IMG/VR virus record: IMGVR_UViG_3300025122_000128
Location: 1-26,364 of that record
DNA: 26,364 nt
From: a virus
Taxonomy: Duplodnaviria > Caudoviricetes
Strand: one strand, 5' to 3'
Each line of letters opens with the position of its first letter. Position 1 is the first letter of the stretch. Positions 19,877-26,364 of the stretch are shown piece by piece. The translations under genes were made by a program, and so were the position numbers. The notes under the pieces are model-generated. The model did not search any database. It was not told the DNA's origin and saw only the letters and a list, made by a program, of their open reading frames with translations.

Positions 19877-20314
19877 TTACTTTCCTAAAGCTACTTTATA
19901 TATCTCTTTCATTTGTCCTAATTTGTAGGTTCTATAGCTATCTATTCCTAATAATTTAATCAAACTTTTCTTAATCTTACCGTAATAAGAAGATTTACGT
20001 CTCTTCTTATATAGGTTCTCTATGATAGTATCAATAACAACCTCAGAATCTCCCTCTAGCTTAAAACAACTTACTAACTTATCTCCATATTTTCCTGGGA
20101 ACACCCCATCTCCTCGTTTACATCTTACGATCAATATTACTCTTTGTCCCTTTGTTCCTGGAAGTTTATTTGTAGGGGCCACATAATATCTAAAAATAAG
20201 AATATCCCCAGGAGTCATCCTGTCAGCACTCGCTGGGGTAGGGGTAAGGATCTTCTTCCTGTCCCCTCCAACAGATTTTAAAAAACTTTGAGATTCTTTT
20301 GAAAATTGGACCAT
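19877..20314 (-). CDS. Basic protein, possibly T4 gp2 (DNA end protector)-like (145 aa)
   Basis: PGDILIFRY...YYGKIKK...SYRTYK resembles the short gp2-like family. Lys/Arg-rich, with a GAGG SD-like motif upstream. Confidence 0.4.
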   Translation of the reverse strand: MVQFSKESQSFLKSVGGDRKKILTPTPASADRMTPGDILIFRYYVAPTNKLPGTKGQRVILIVRCKRGDGVFPGKYGDKLVSCFKLEGDSEVVIDTIIENLYKKRRKSSYYGKIKKSLIKLLGIDSYRTYKLGQMKEIYKVALGK

Positions 20315-20346
20315 CTTGCCTCTAATATAATAAGAACGCTTTAAAC
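20315..20346. promoter_or_regulatory. Short divergent intergenic region with a plus-strand TATAAT (-10-like) at 20326-20331
   Basis: 32-bp AT-rich gap (cttgcctctaatataataagaacgctttaaac) between divergent genes; the last non-coding space upstream of the ~20-kb tail cluster. Confidence 0.4.
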
Positions 20347-20631
20347 ATGAATACAGATATTGATTTAATAGATTTTATGGATTTAATTAACTATACTTTA
20401 CATAAAGACTTTGTAGAGAAATGGAGATATAAGTATTCAGAAAAATTTATTAAGCACTTTCAGATAAAGATATTAGAATCCTTAACTAAACAGAAAGTAA
20501 TAAAATTAAGTAGCTTATATAATTATCTAACTAAAAAGTGTAGATACTCGTCTGAACAAGTAGAAAACTTCTTTGGCTCTATTGATATAAGTATATACTA
20601 CCCATTAATAATAAATGACAAACCAAGATAA
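20347..20631 (+). CDS. Hypothetical protein (94 aa)
   Basis: Clean ORF filling otherwise empty space, very AT-rich, predicted helical; no recognised motif. Confidence 0.65.
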   Translation: MNTDIDLIDFMDLINYTLHKDFVEKWRYKYSEKFIKHFQIKILESLTKQKVIKLSSLYNYLTKKCRYSSEQVENFFGSIDISIYYPLIINDKPR

Positions 20632-20785
20632 AAACGAGATTTTCGAATATCTAATCGCTGCCGAGATTACCGATAGTATGCCAGGAGTAGCTAATTTTTT
20701 AGCTATGCTATACTACGGAGGGATAGCATTGATAGCTATCGCTAGTGGTGTTATATTACTTCTTGGTGCGTTTGGTATTCTTTAA
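20615..20785 (+). CDS. Small putative membrane protein (56 aa), below the ORF-track cutoff
   Basis: Hand translation: MTNQDKNEIFEYLIAAEITDSMPGVANFLAMLYYGGIALIAIASGVILLLGAFGIL*. It has an uncharged C-terminal half, overlaps the upstream gene by 17 nt and fills the gap to the nuclease gene. Confidence 0.5.
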   Translation: MTNQDKNEIFEYLIAAEITDSMPGVANFLAMLYYGGIALIAIASGVILLLGAFGIL

Positions 20786-21535
20786 CTGCTGCATACGCTC
20801 TTCACAGAGTCTACCAGAGTTAAACTCAGGACAGATGTTCTTGTAGCCACACCAGTTGCAGAACTGATTCTGCATGGCTTGAAACTCAGCCTTCTTCATT
20901 TTTCTAATCTTCCAGATTTGATCAACCTTCTCTCTAAGGTAATGCCTAATCTGGTTCGCAGAATACTTACATGTGACAAAGTTATTGGTGACGGGGTAGT
21001 AGTGAGCCACCACAATGTCACTCAAGGGCACTCCTAGCAACTTGTGTACCGCATAAGCATACCCCTGCATCTGTCTGTCCTGGTACAGGTCCAATTCAGA
21101 TAGCTCCCTTTTAGAGGTTTTGTAGTCGATTACAAGATACCCTCCATCCTTGCCTTTAATCACACGGTCAATGATCCCGTTGAGCTTAATATCCTTTTCT
21201 TTATCATGGATAATCTCGTAGACCATTTCAGTAGCCACCGTTTCTGCCAAGGTGGCATTAAAACGCAGGAAGTTCTCTAAGCACTTCTTGGTCTTAGGAG
21301 CATAAGATTCCGAGAAAGTGTAGTCCTTTTTAGCACTTTCCGCTATAACAGTGAGGTCGGCAAGGCTCTTTGCCTCAAAGCCATCCTCAAAGATTTTATG
21401 TATGAACGAACCAAAGTGAAGCGGGTCAGTATTTCGATCCCCCTCTTTAAAACGATCAATGTACCGATAACGGTACTTAAGTTGACATTCTTTGAATGTC
21501 TTGGATTTTGATTCGGAAATTGTATTTATGAACAT
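20756..21535 (-). CDS. PD-(D/E)xK RecB/Cas4-like exonuclease with a four-Cys (probable Fe-S) motif (259 aa)
   Basis: ECQLKY, FGSFIH, GIIDRV, VIDYKT, QMQGY and CNWCGYKNIC motifs; SD GAGGTG 5 nt upstream of the ATG. Confidence 0.88.
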   Translation of the reverse strand: MFINTISESKSKTFKECQLKYRYRYIDRFKEGDRNTDPLHFGSFIHKIFEDGFEAKSLADLTVIAESAKKDYTFSESYAPKTKKCLENFLRFNATLAETVATEMVYEIIHDKEKDIKLNGIIDRVIKGKDGGYLVIDYKTSKRELSELDLYQDRQMQGYAYAVHKLLGVPLSDIVVAHYYPVTNNFVTCKYSANQIRHYLREKVDQIWKIRKMKKAEFQAMQNQFCNWCGYKNICPEFNSGRLCEERMQQLKNTKRTKK

Positions 21536-22514
21536 AGTTGCACCTCAGTTTATTAGAGACTACTTACTTGAGAAGTTCAAGGATAACTATAGATTGTCCT
21601 CTGGGGATACAGAGCTAATCGTACCCTCTGTATTTATCTCTGATGACTACAAACGCCACATGAGCATTAACTTAGATAGTGGTCTGTGGCAATGCTTTAA
21701 GAGTGGAAATAGAGGTAACTTCGTCCAGATCTATGCTTTCCTAGAAAGTATTACATATAATCAAGCAGAAGCCGCTCTCCTCTTTAAAGACCTAGAAGGG
21801 GATTTCCCGAAAAAGTTAGAAATAAAAATCTCCGCACCGAGGGCCGAAAGAGAAGATCTGCATCTTACCCCTGTAACTGTAGAGGACTATGAGACTGAAG
21901 ACCCCCTCATGCAAAAAGCGTGGACCTTCTTATACGAACGCGGTCTCTTTAATTTAGACACAGGGGAATCTAAGTATTATGTGTCCACCCAGGGCCGATA
22001 CAAAGGACGGTTAATTATTCCGTTTGAAGAAGATTCGGAAATTTTTTACTTTCAGGCCCGTACTCTGGGCGACGAGACACCTAAATACCTTAACCCCTCA
22101 GAAGGCTGGCCTAAGCCTTCTCACATCCTATATCCATATGACACAGAGGCTGACCATTTAGTAGTCTGTGAAGGACCGTTAGATGCTGTCTCTCTCCAGA
22201 TTCAGGGGATTAATGCTACTTGTACTATGGGGTGTTCTGTCTCCGAGTACCAAGTAGAAGCTCTTAAAGAATTTGAAGGTAAAATAATTATCGGGTATGA
22301 TAATGATGATGCGGGAAAAAGAGGGGTAAACAAGTTCGACTACCTCAGACGCATAAAAAGGATGGCAAATCTCTACATTTGCCATCCTCCTTCAGAAGTA
22401 AACGATTGGAATGATGCCCACATTAAGGGCACCGACCTAAGTAGATTTGTCACCGATCATACTAAAAAGTATGATTACGACTATCTCATGAATCACCTCC
22501 TTACGACACTGTGA
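21528..22514 (+). CDS. DNA primase, DnaG/T4 gp61-like TOPRIM (probable start ATG 21528 rather than TTG 21492)
   Basis: RLIIP, YFQAR, PKYLNP, VCEGPLDA, YDNDDAG and DWND motifs. Confidence 0.88.
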   Translation: MNIVAPQFIRDYLLEKFKDNYRLSSGDTELIVPSVFISDDYKRHMSINLDSGLWQCFKSGNRGNFVQIYAFLESITYNQAEAALLFKDLEGDFPKKLEIKISAPRAEREDLHLTPVTVEDYETEDPLMQKAWTFLYERGLFNLDTGESKYYVSTQGRYKGRLIIPFEEDSEIFYFQARTLGDETPKYLNPSEGWPKPSHILYPYDTEADHLVVCEGPLDAVSLQIQGINATCTMGCSVSEYQVEALKEFEGKIIIGYDNDDAGKRGVNKFDYLRRIKRMANLYICHPPSEVNDWNDAHIKGTDLSRFVTDHTKKYDYDYLMNHLLTTL

Positions 22515-23472
22515 GATAAAACAGCGGGCTTAATATATATTCATTTAACAAGGTATACTTCACCTGTACACTATAGGTCCCTGTTAAACTTCCGAAAGTT
22601 CCATTTGTAAACGCTTCAAGATTTTTTAAATTATTTGTAGGCCAATTATAGATTAGGGTATTATCTTTAGTAATGGTCATAGCCCCATTTGTGATTGCTT
22701 CAAATGGCCCAGCAAAAGCAACATCTTGATTTACTTTTTTAATGTTCACCGTAGCACCCGTTATAACCGAATCTTTAAAAATATCTTGGACATTCTTAGG
22801 TATGTCATGATTTTGGATTGTGGTTTCTGTTGTAACTTTAAGGTCAATTGTTTCTCCTAGCCTAACATGCTTATTCATAAGCTTGTTAGAAGTATTTAAG
22901 AGAAGGGGTTCAGTGAAAGCAAAGAAGGTATCTTCGTTTAATGAAAACTGATTCGTAATTACTTGATACTTAGAAGCAGAGTTTAGTTTTACCGTCCATA
23001 GATCAACATAATCATTAACAGCAGATAAACTAGCAGCGGCAACTTGAGTACTGGTAGTATAGTCCCACCCCGATAAAGCCAAGGTTTGATCTAAAACAAC
23101 AACATACTCCCCTTGTCCCATCCTATAGATTCCACTAGCCGTTACTGCGGGAATATAATTAGTAACATTAAAAGCATCTTCACAAGGGGTGCCTACATCA
23201 GTACCTGCGGTAATAGTACAGTGGGCCATAGTTCCATTTGGATTAGTACCATAGGCAGCAAAAGCCATTTTAGGTGTTGCGGTCACTAACCCGTCAGTAC
23301 CCGTGACACTTAGAGGTGTCAGGGTATCTCCTTTTCTAAATAGTTGCACACTACTTATTTCATAAGGATCTACATAGGCTCCATCATTAATGAAATAAGT
23401 TCGTAACCCTACTATTTGGCTAACATTAGGTCTGTTCCCTCTATCTACGACTGTTGTGGTGTTTACTTGCAT
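22501..23472 (-). CDS. Hypothetical beta-rich, probably structural protein (323 aa)
   Basis: Thr/Val-rich with Ig-like-looking strands (GIYRMGQGEYVV, YVDLWTV, LIYNW, GTYSVQVKY); co-oriented with the gp26-like gene. Confidence 0.55.
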   Translation of the reverse strand: MQVNTTTVVDRGNRPNVSQIVGLRTYFINDGAYVDPYEISSVQLFRKGDTLTPLSVTGTDGLVTATPKMAFAAYGTNPNGTMAHCTITAGTDVGTPCEDAFNVTNYIPAVTASGIYRMGQGEYVVVLDQTLALSGWDYTTSTQVAAASLSAVNDYVDLWTVKLNSASKYQVITNQFSLNEDTFFAFTEPLLLNTSNKLMNKHVRLGETIDLKVTTETTIQNHDIPKNVQDIFKDSVITGATVNIKKVNQDVAFAGPFEAITNGAMTITKDNTLIYNWPTNNLKNLEAFTNGTFGSLTGTYSVQVKYTLLNEYILSPLFYLTVS

Positions 23473-23641
23473 TGTTTTGCTCTTCTATCTCTTGGGTTAA
23501 GAATTCTAAGAAAATAGCCCGTTCTGATCGAGCCATCTCCTTTACATCACCATAGGTGAAGTTGGAGTGCTTTACAAGTATATAGGCTTCATATAGCAGA
23601 TCTTTTAATTTAAAAGACCCAACTATTTCCCTGTAAAAAAA
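23441..23641 (-). CDS. gp51-like / tail-chaperone C-terminal extension in the -1 frame (66 codons, no ATG/GTG/TTG start of its own)
   Basis: Hand translation: FFYREIVGSFKLKDLLYEAYILVKHSNFTYGDVKEMARSERAIFLEFLTQEIEEQNNASKHHNSRR*. The Lv-KH..ft..dv..M...ER..f...l..e.ee pattern resembles the small gp51-annotated proteins that follow gp26 in T4-like phages. Confidence 0.72.
   Translation of the reverse strand, partial: FFYREIVGSFKLKDLLYEAYILVKHSNFTYGDVKEMARSERAIFLEFLTQEIEEQNNASKHHNSRR
23593..23641 (-). promoter_or_regulatory. Putative -1 programmed ribosomal frameshift signal
   Basis: In-frame U UUU UUU heptamer (23641-23635), 8-nt spacer ACAGGGAA, then hairpin AUAGU-U-GGGUCUUUUA-AAU-UAAAAGAUCU-GCUAU (23626-23593). 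Confidence 0.7.
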
Positions 23642-24399
23642 TCAGCCGTGATCGGTAACTCCATTACTTCGTTATGACTGCAATAATTGCACACAAAGCG
23701 TACTTTTGTGTCCACTCCATATTTGGATGCAGACATCCCATCCAAAAGAGTATGAGCATCTTGCAGAGGTAATTGTGGAAGAACTTTAGAAATAACACTC
23801 TTTTCAGCGTGTCCATCAATTTCTTCAACAAATCTCCACAAATTAGTTATAGCCTGATCAGCATTAGAAAAATAGTTTTCATCTTGAACCCTGGGGAATC
23901 TAACTTTTACATCTTTTTCTAATACAGATAAATGAATTGTAATCGGCTCATTTAAATCATCCTCAACATAGGTAACAGGCAAAGCATTGAGTTGGAATGT
24001 AATAGCATTATCCCTTTTACAGGAGTTACAATTAATAGCAGCATTATACTTTTCACCGTAGGAAATCTCTCTCAACTTCATAATCAGAAAGAGCTTGTCC
24101 ATTTGAAGCAACGCCCCCACATCAATGTTACTTACACACCTAGCTAACAAAGTATTAAGAACATCAACATTAACATTTTTTTTGCTCATCATTGCTCGTT
24201 CATCCTCAAAGGTCATGGGCCGAAGAGAGATAGGCTTTGATGAATCTTTCAGGGTGTAAAATTTATTTTTTGACGGAAGCTCTACCGCAACTTCCTCAGA
24301 AGAAGGCATGTTAGCTAAAATGTTATCAATGATCTCTTGTTCTGATAATTTCTTGAACTTATCAGCTTTTTCCTTTGGCTTTTGTGTTTTTTCACTCAT
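23623..24399 (-). CDS. T4 gp26-like baseplate hub assembly protein / tail assembly chaperone (258 aa)
   Basis: VELPS, LRPMTFEDE, DKLFLIMKLREISYG, two CxxC motifs (CNSC, CNYC) and C-terminal DFF; SD AGGAG upstream. Confidence 0.8.
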   Translation of the reverse strand: MSEKTQKPKEKADKFKKLSEQEIIDNILANMPSSEEVAVELPSKNKFYTLKDSSKPISLRPMTFEDERAMMSKKNVNVDVLNTLLARCVSNIDVGALLQMDKLFLIMKLREISYGEKYNAAINCNSCKRDNAITFQLNALPVTYVEDDLNEPITIHLSVLEKDVKVRFPRVQDENYFSNADQAITNLWRFVEEIDGHAEKSVISKVLPQLPLQDAHTLLDGMSASKYGVDTKVRFVCNYCSHNEVMELPITADFFTGK

Positions 24400-24432
24400 A
24401 AAATACTCCTAAGTATTAGTGTGGGGTTACTC

Positions 24433-24438
24433 TATAAT
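24433..24438 (+). promoter_or_regulatory. TATAAT -10-like box 6 nt upstream of the helicase ATG
   Basis: ctcTATAATagtctgATG within the 45-bp divergent intergenic region; no SD before the ATG. Confidence 0.4.
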
Positions 24439-24444
24439 AGTCTG

Positions 24445-25815
24445 ATGAAGATACATATAAATTCCTTAAAATCTAGGATAGTAACCGACAATATGGACCT
24501 TTTAAATGCTTTATATAGGTTATATTCAGAAAAAGTACCTGGATACCAATATTCTGCTGCGTATAAGCGTAGGCAGTGGGACGGTAAAACACATTTTATC
24601 TCCAGAAATGGAACTTTTAGGACTGGTCTTCTAAAACGAGTCTTAGACGATCTAAAAAAAATTAATTGTACCCCAGAATTAGTACTAGAAACCCCTGATT
24701 TAGAGGATTTTACCGAAAATTGGGACATTGAGGGGTTTTCTTACTATGATTTTCAAAAAGAGCTTATTTCAACAGGTCTTAGAGAAAAACGAGGAATCAT
24801 AAAATCCCCCACAGGATCAGGAAAAACACTAATTATGGCAGGATTAGTAAAAGCCCTGGCTGGGAGGAAGATGGTCCTTCTTTTTAATGCAAAACAACTA
24901 CTAACACAGACTTATGATTTTCTTACTGATACCTGCGGAATTGATAATGTTGGCCTATGTTATGGTGAAGGTTATATTTACGGAGATATTATGCTCTGTA
25001 CCGTCCAAAGCATTGAAAAAATTCTCGACACACATTTGGAAGAAGCTGAAGTTTTGATGGTAGATGAGTGTCATGAGTTTGCTAATGGAAAAACTACTCT
25101 CGCTGCCCTAAAAGCCTTTCCTAAAGCTCTATATCGTCTGGGATTTACAGCTACCCCTCCCTCCGATATAATCCCTAAATTGAATTTGGAAGGTTCTTTA
25201 GGTCCAGTATGGGCTTCAGTTAGCACTGCGGCTCTTGTAGATGATGGAAAATTAACAAAACCTATTATCCAGTTACTGAATAGAGACTATACAGCTAGTG
25301 GATTAGATGAAGATAAAAGCTATTTAGAAGTTTACGATGATTATATCGTAAATAATGAAGAAAGAAACAATAAAATAAAGGAGATTGTAAATGACATTAG
25401 ACAACATAGCAAACGAGCCCGTATCCTTATTCTTACCAAATCACTTGATCACGGAAGAACCTTGGAAAACTTACTTGGAGGGAATTGCGAGTTCCTTGAG
25501 GGGGCTGATTCGGTCGGACAGAGGTATAACGCTATATCTAGATTCAGAGGATGTAGAAAGTCTAGCGTCCTCATTGGCACTAAAATACTGCAAACAGGTA
25601 TTAACATTGAAGAAATAACCCATTTCATAAATGCTAGAGGAATGAAGTCTGAAATAGCAACCCTTCAAGCATTAGGAAGAGCTTTAAGAAGACATGAAAG
25701 CAAAGAAAGGGTTTTTATCTATGATTTCATGGATAAAGAAAAATACTTGAGTAATCACTCAAGAGCAAGAAAACGGCATTATGAAAATGAAGGACATACG
25801 GTAACTGTATTATGA
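24445..25815 (+). CDS. uvsW: SF2 DNA helicase, UvsW-like (probable start ATG 24445)
   Basis: N-terminal VPGYQYS..YKRRQWDGK, Walker A SPTGSGKT, DECH, TAT, TGINI and QALGRALR motifs. Confidence 0.85.
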   Translation: MKIHINSLKSRIVTDNMDLLNALYRLYSEKVPGYQYSAAYKRRQWDGKTHFISRNGTFRTGLLKRVLDDLKKINCTPELVLETPDLEDFTENWDIEGFSYYDFQKELISTGLREKRGIIKSPTGSGKTLIMAGLVKALAGRKMVLLFNAKQLLTQTYDFLTDTCGIDNVGLCYGEGYIYGDIMLCTVQSIEKILDTHLEEAEVLMVDECHEFANGKTTLAALKAFPKALYRLGFTATPPSDIIPKLNLEGSLGPVWASVSTAALVDDGKLTKPIIQLLNRDYTASGLDEDKSYLEVYDDYIVNNEERNNKIKEIVNDIRQHSKRARILILTKSLDHGRTLENLLGGNCEFLEGADSVGQRYNAISRFRGCRKSSVLIGTKILQTGINIEEITHFINARGMKSEIATLQALGRALRRHESKERVFIYDFMDKEKYLSNHSRARKRHYENEGHTVTVL

Positions 25816-26039
25816 AAAATCCCGAAGAACTTAAAGAAATTATAAGCAAACTGAATGCATCAGAGCTTGAAGATATTCAATGGCTTCATACAGAAATGGC
25901 TACATTCTTAGAAAGTGATGAAGTAAGTAGTGAGGGTGTCACCAGACTAGAAAATATGATAAACACCCTCAATAACTTTAGGAGGACATATACTCAAAGA
26001 GTAATACGCCTCCATAAATTAGGACATATGGTAGATTAG
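25812..26039 (+). CDS. Hypothetical helical protein (75 aa), coupled to the helicase gene
   Basis: ATGA start/stop overlap with the helicase; acidic N-terminal half. Confidence 0.7.
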   Translation: MKNPEELKEIISKLNASELEDIQWLHTEMATFLESDEVSSEGVTRLENMINTLNNFRRTYTQRVIRLHKLGHMVD

Positions 26040-26278
26040 CTTTTCTTTTCGCAGCAGTCTTCGCTTAAAACGACCTTTTCTGCTTTGCCCTTCCTAGCCT
26101 TCGGCATTCCCTCTGTACGGGATCCCCAGTCAGAGCGGTCCATACCACGCATTCTCTCCATGATTGCACCACGGGCTCTCTCAGGGCCTCTACGGGACTG
26201 TCTGAGGTCGTTAGCCTTGGCAAGGAATAAAAACCCAACCATAGCAAGTAAAATGTTCTCTTTCGTTAAATACTTCAT
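26036..26278 (-). CDS. Hypothetical protein with an N-terminal hydrophobic segment and Arg/Gly/Met-rich tail (80 aa)
   Basis: SD GGAG upstream; NILLAMVGFLFLA followed by a basic low-complexity region. Confidence 0.6.
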   Translation of the reverse strand: MKYLTKENILLAMVGFLFLAKANDLRQSRRGPERARGAIMERMRGMDRSDWGSRTEGMPKARKGKAEKVVLSEDCCEKKS

Positions 26279-26279
26279 A

Positions 26280-26364
26280 TTAGTTCTCCAAGTTGGGAAT
26301 TGTTATATCGGGGTTTCCCATTTTTAGTTTAAGACCCCAGTTTTCCATATCTCTCTTGGTCCAC
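26280..26364 (-). CDS. 3' end of a gene entering from beyond the window
   Basis: Open frame ...WTKRDMENWGLKLKMGNPDITIPNLEN* ends 1 nt before the next ATG, matching the tight packing elsewhere. Confidence 0.5.
   Translation of the reverse strand, partial: WTKRDMENWGLKLKMGNPDITIPNLEN

Noticed and set aside
1-20314. Bacterial eCIS, tailocin or T6SS locus
   Set aside because: The adjacent primase, UvsW-like helicase and nuclease, the very large subunits and the absence of host genes favour a phage genome.
20756-21535. CRISPR-Cas locus suggested by the Cas4-like gene
   Set aside because: No repeat-spacer array, cas1 or cas2 in the window.
23625-23631. GGGAAAU resembling the lambda GGGAAAG slippery site
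   Set aside because: It is read GGG AAA in frame 0, the wrong phase for X XXY YYZ slippage; the adjacent U7 heptamer fits.
22179-26327. Short ORFs nested in or opposite the primase, helicase and terminal genes (22179, 24432, 25391, 25471, 26065, 26085)
   Set aside because: Shadow or alternative frames of better-supported genes.
1-26364. Stop-codon reassignment, introns or inteins
   Set aside because: Standard-code ORFs tile the window almost completely, TAA, TAG and TGA all end genes, and no intein or homing-endonuclease motifs were seen.

Overview
This AT-rich window comes from a large contractile-tailed (myovirus-type, distantly T4-like) bacteriophage genome. Positions 1-20314 form one tightly packed minus-strand tail/baseplate cluster. 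In transcription order it encodes a gp2-like protein, tape measure, tube initiator, gp53/LysM-like wedge, hub, spike, a 1015-aa LamG-like protein, gp25-like, gp6/baseplate-J-like, a large gpI/gp7-like wedge, and two paralogous tail-collar-like proteins. Positions 20.3-26.4 kb alternate strands and carry a Cas4/RecB-family nuclease, a TOPRIM primase, a gp26-like tail/baseplate assembly protein and a UvsW-like helicase. The strongest non-obvious signal is a candidate -1 ribosomal frameshift at the end of the gp26-like gene: a U UUU UUU heptamer, an 8-nt spacer and a ~15-bp hairpin. It would fuse a start-less, gp51-like 66-codon frame that the ORF track misses. All family calls rest on motif recognition and gene order; no database search was run.
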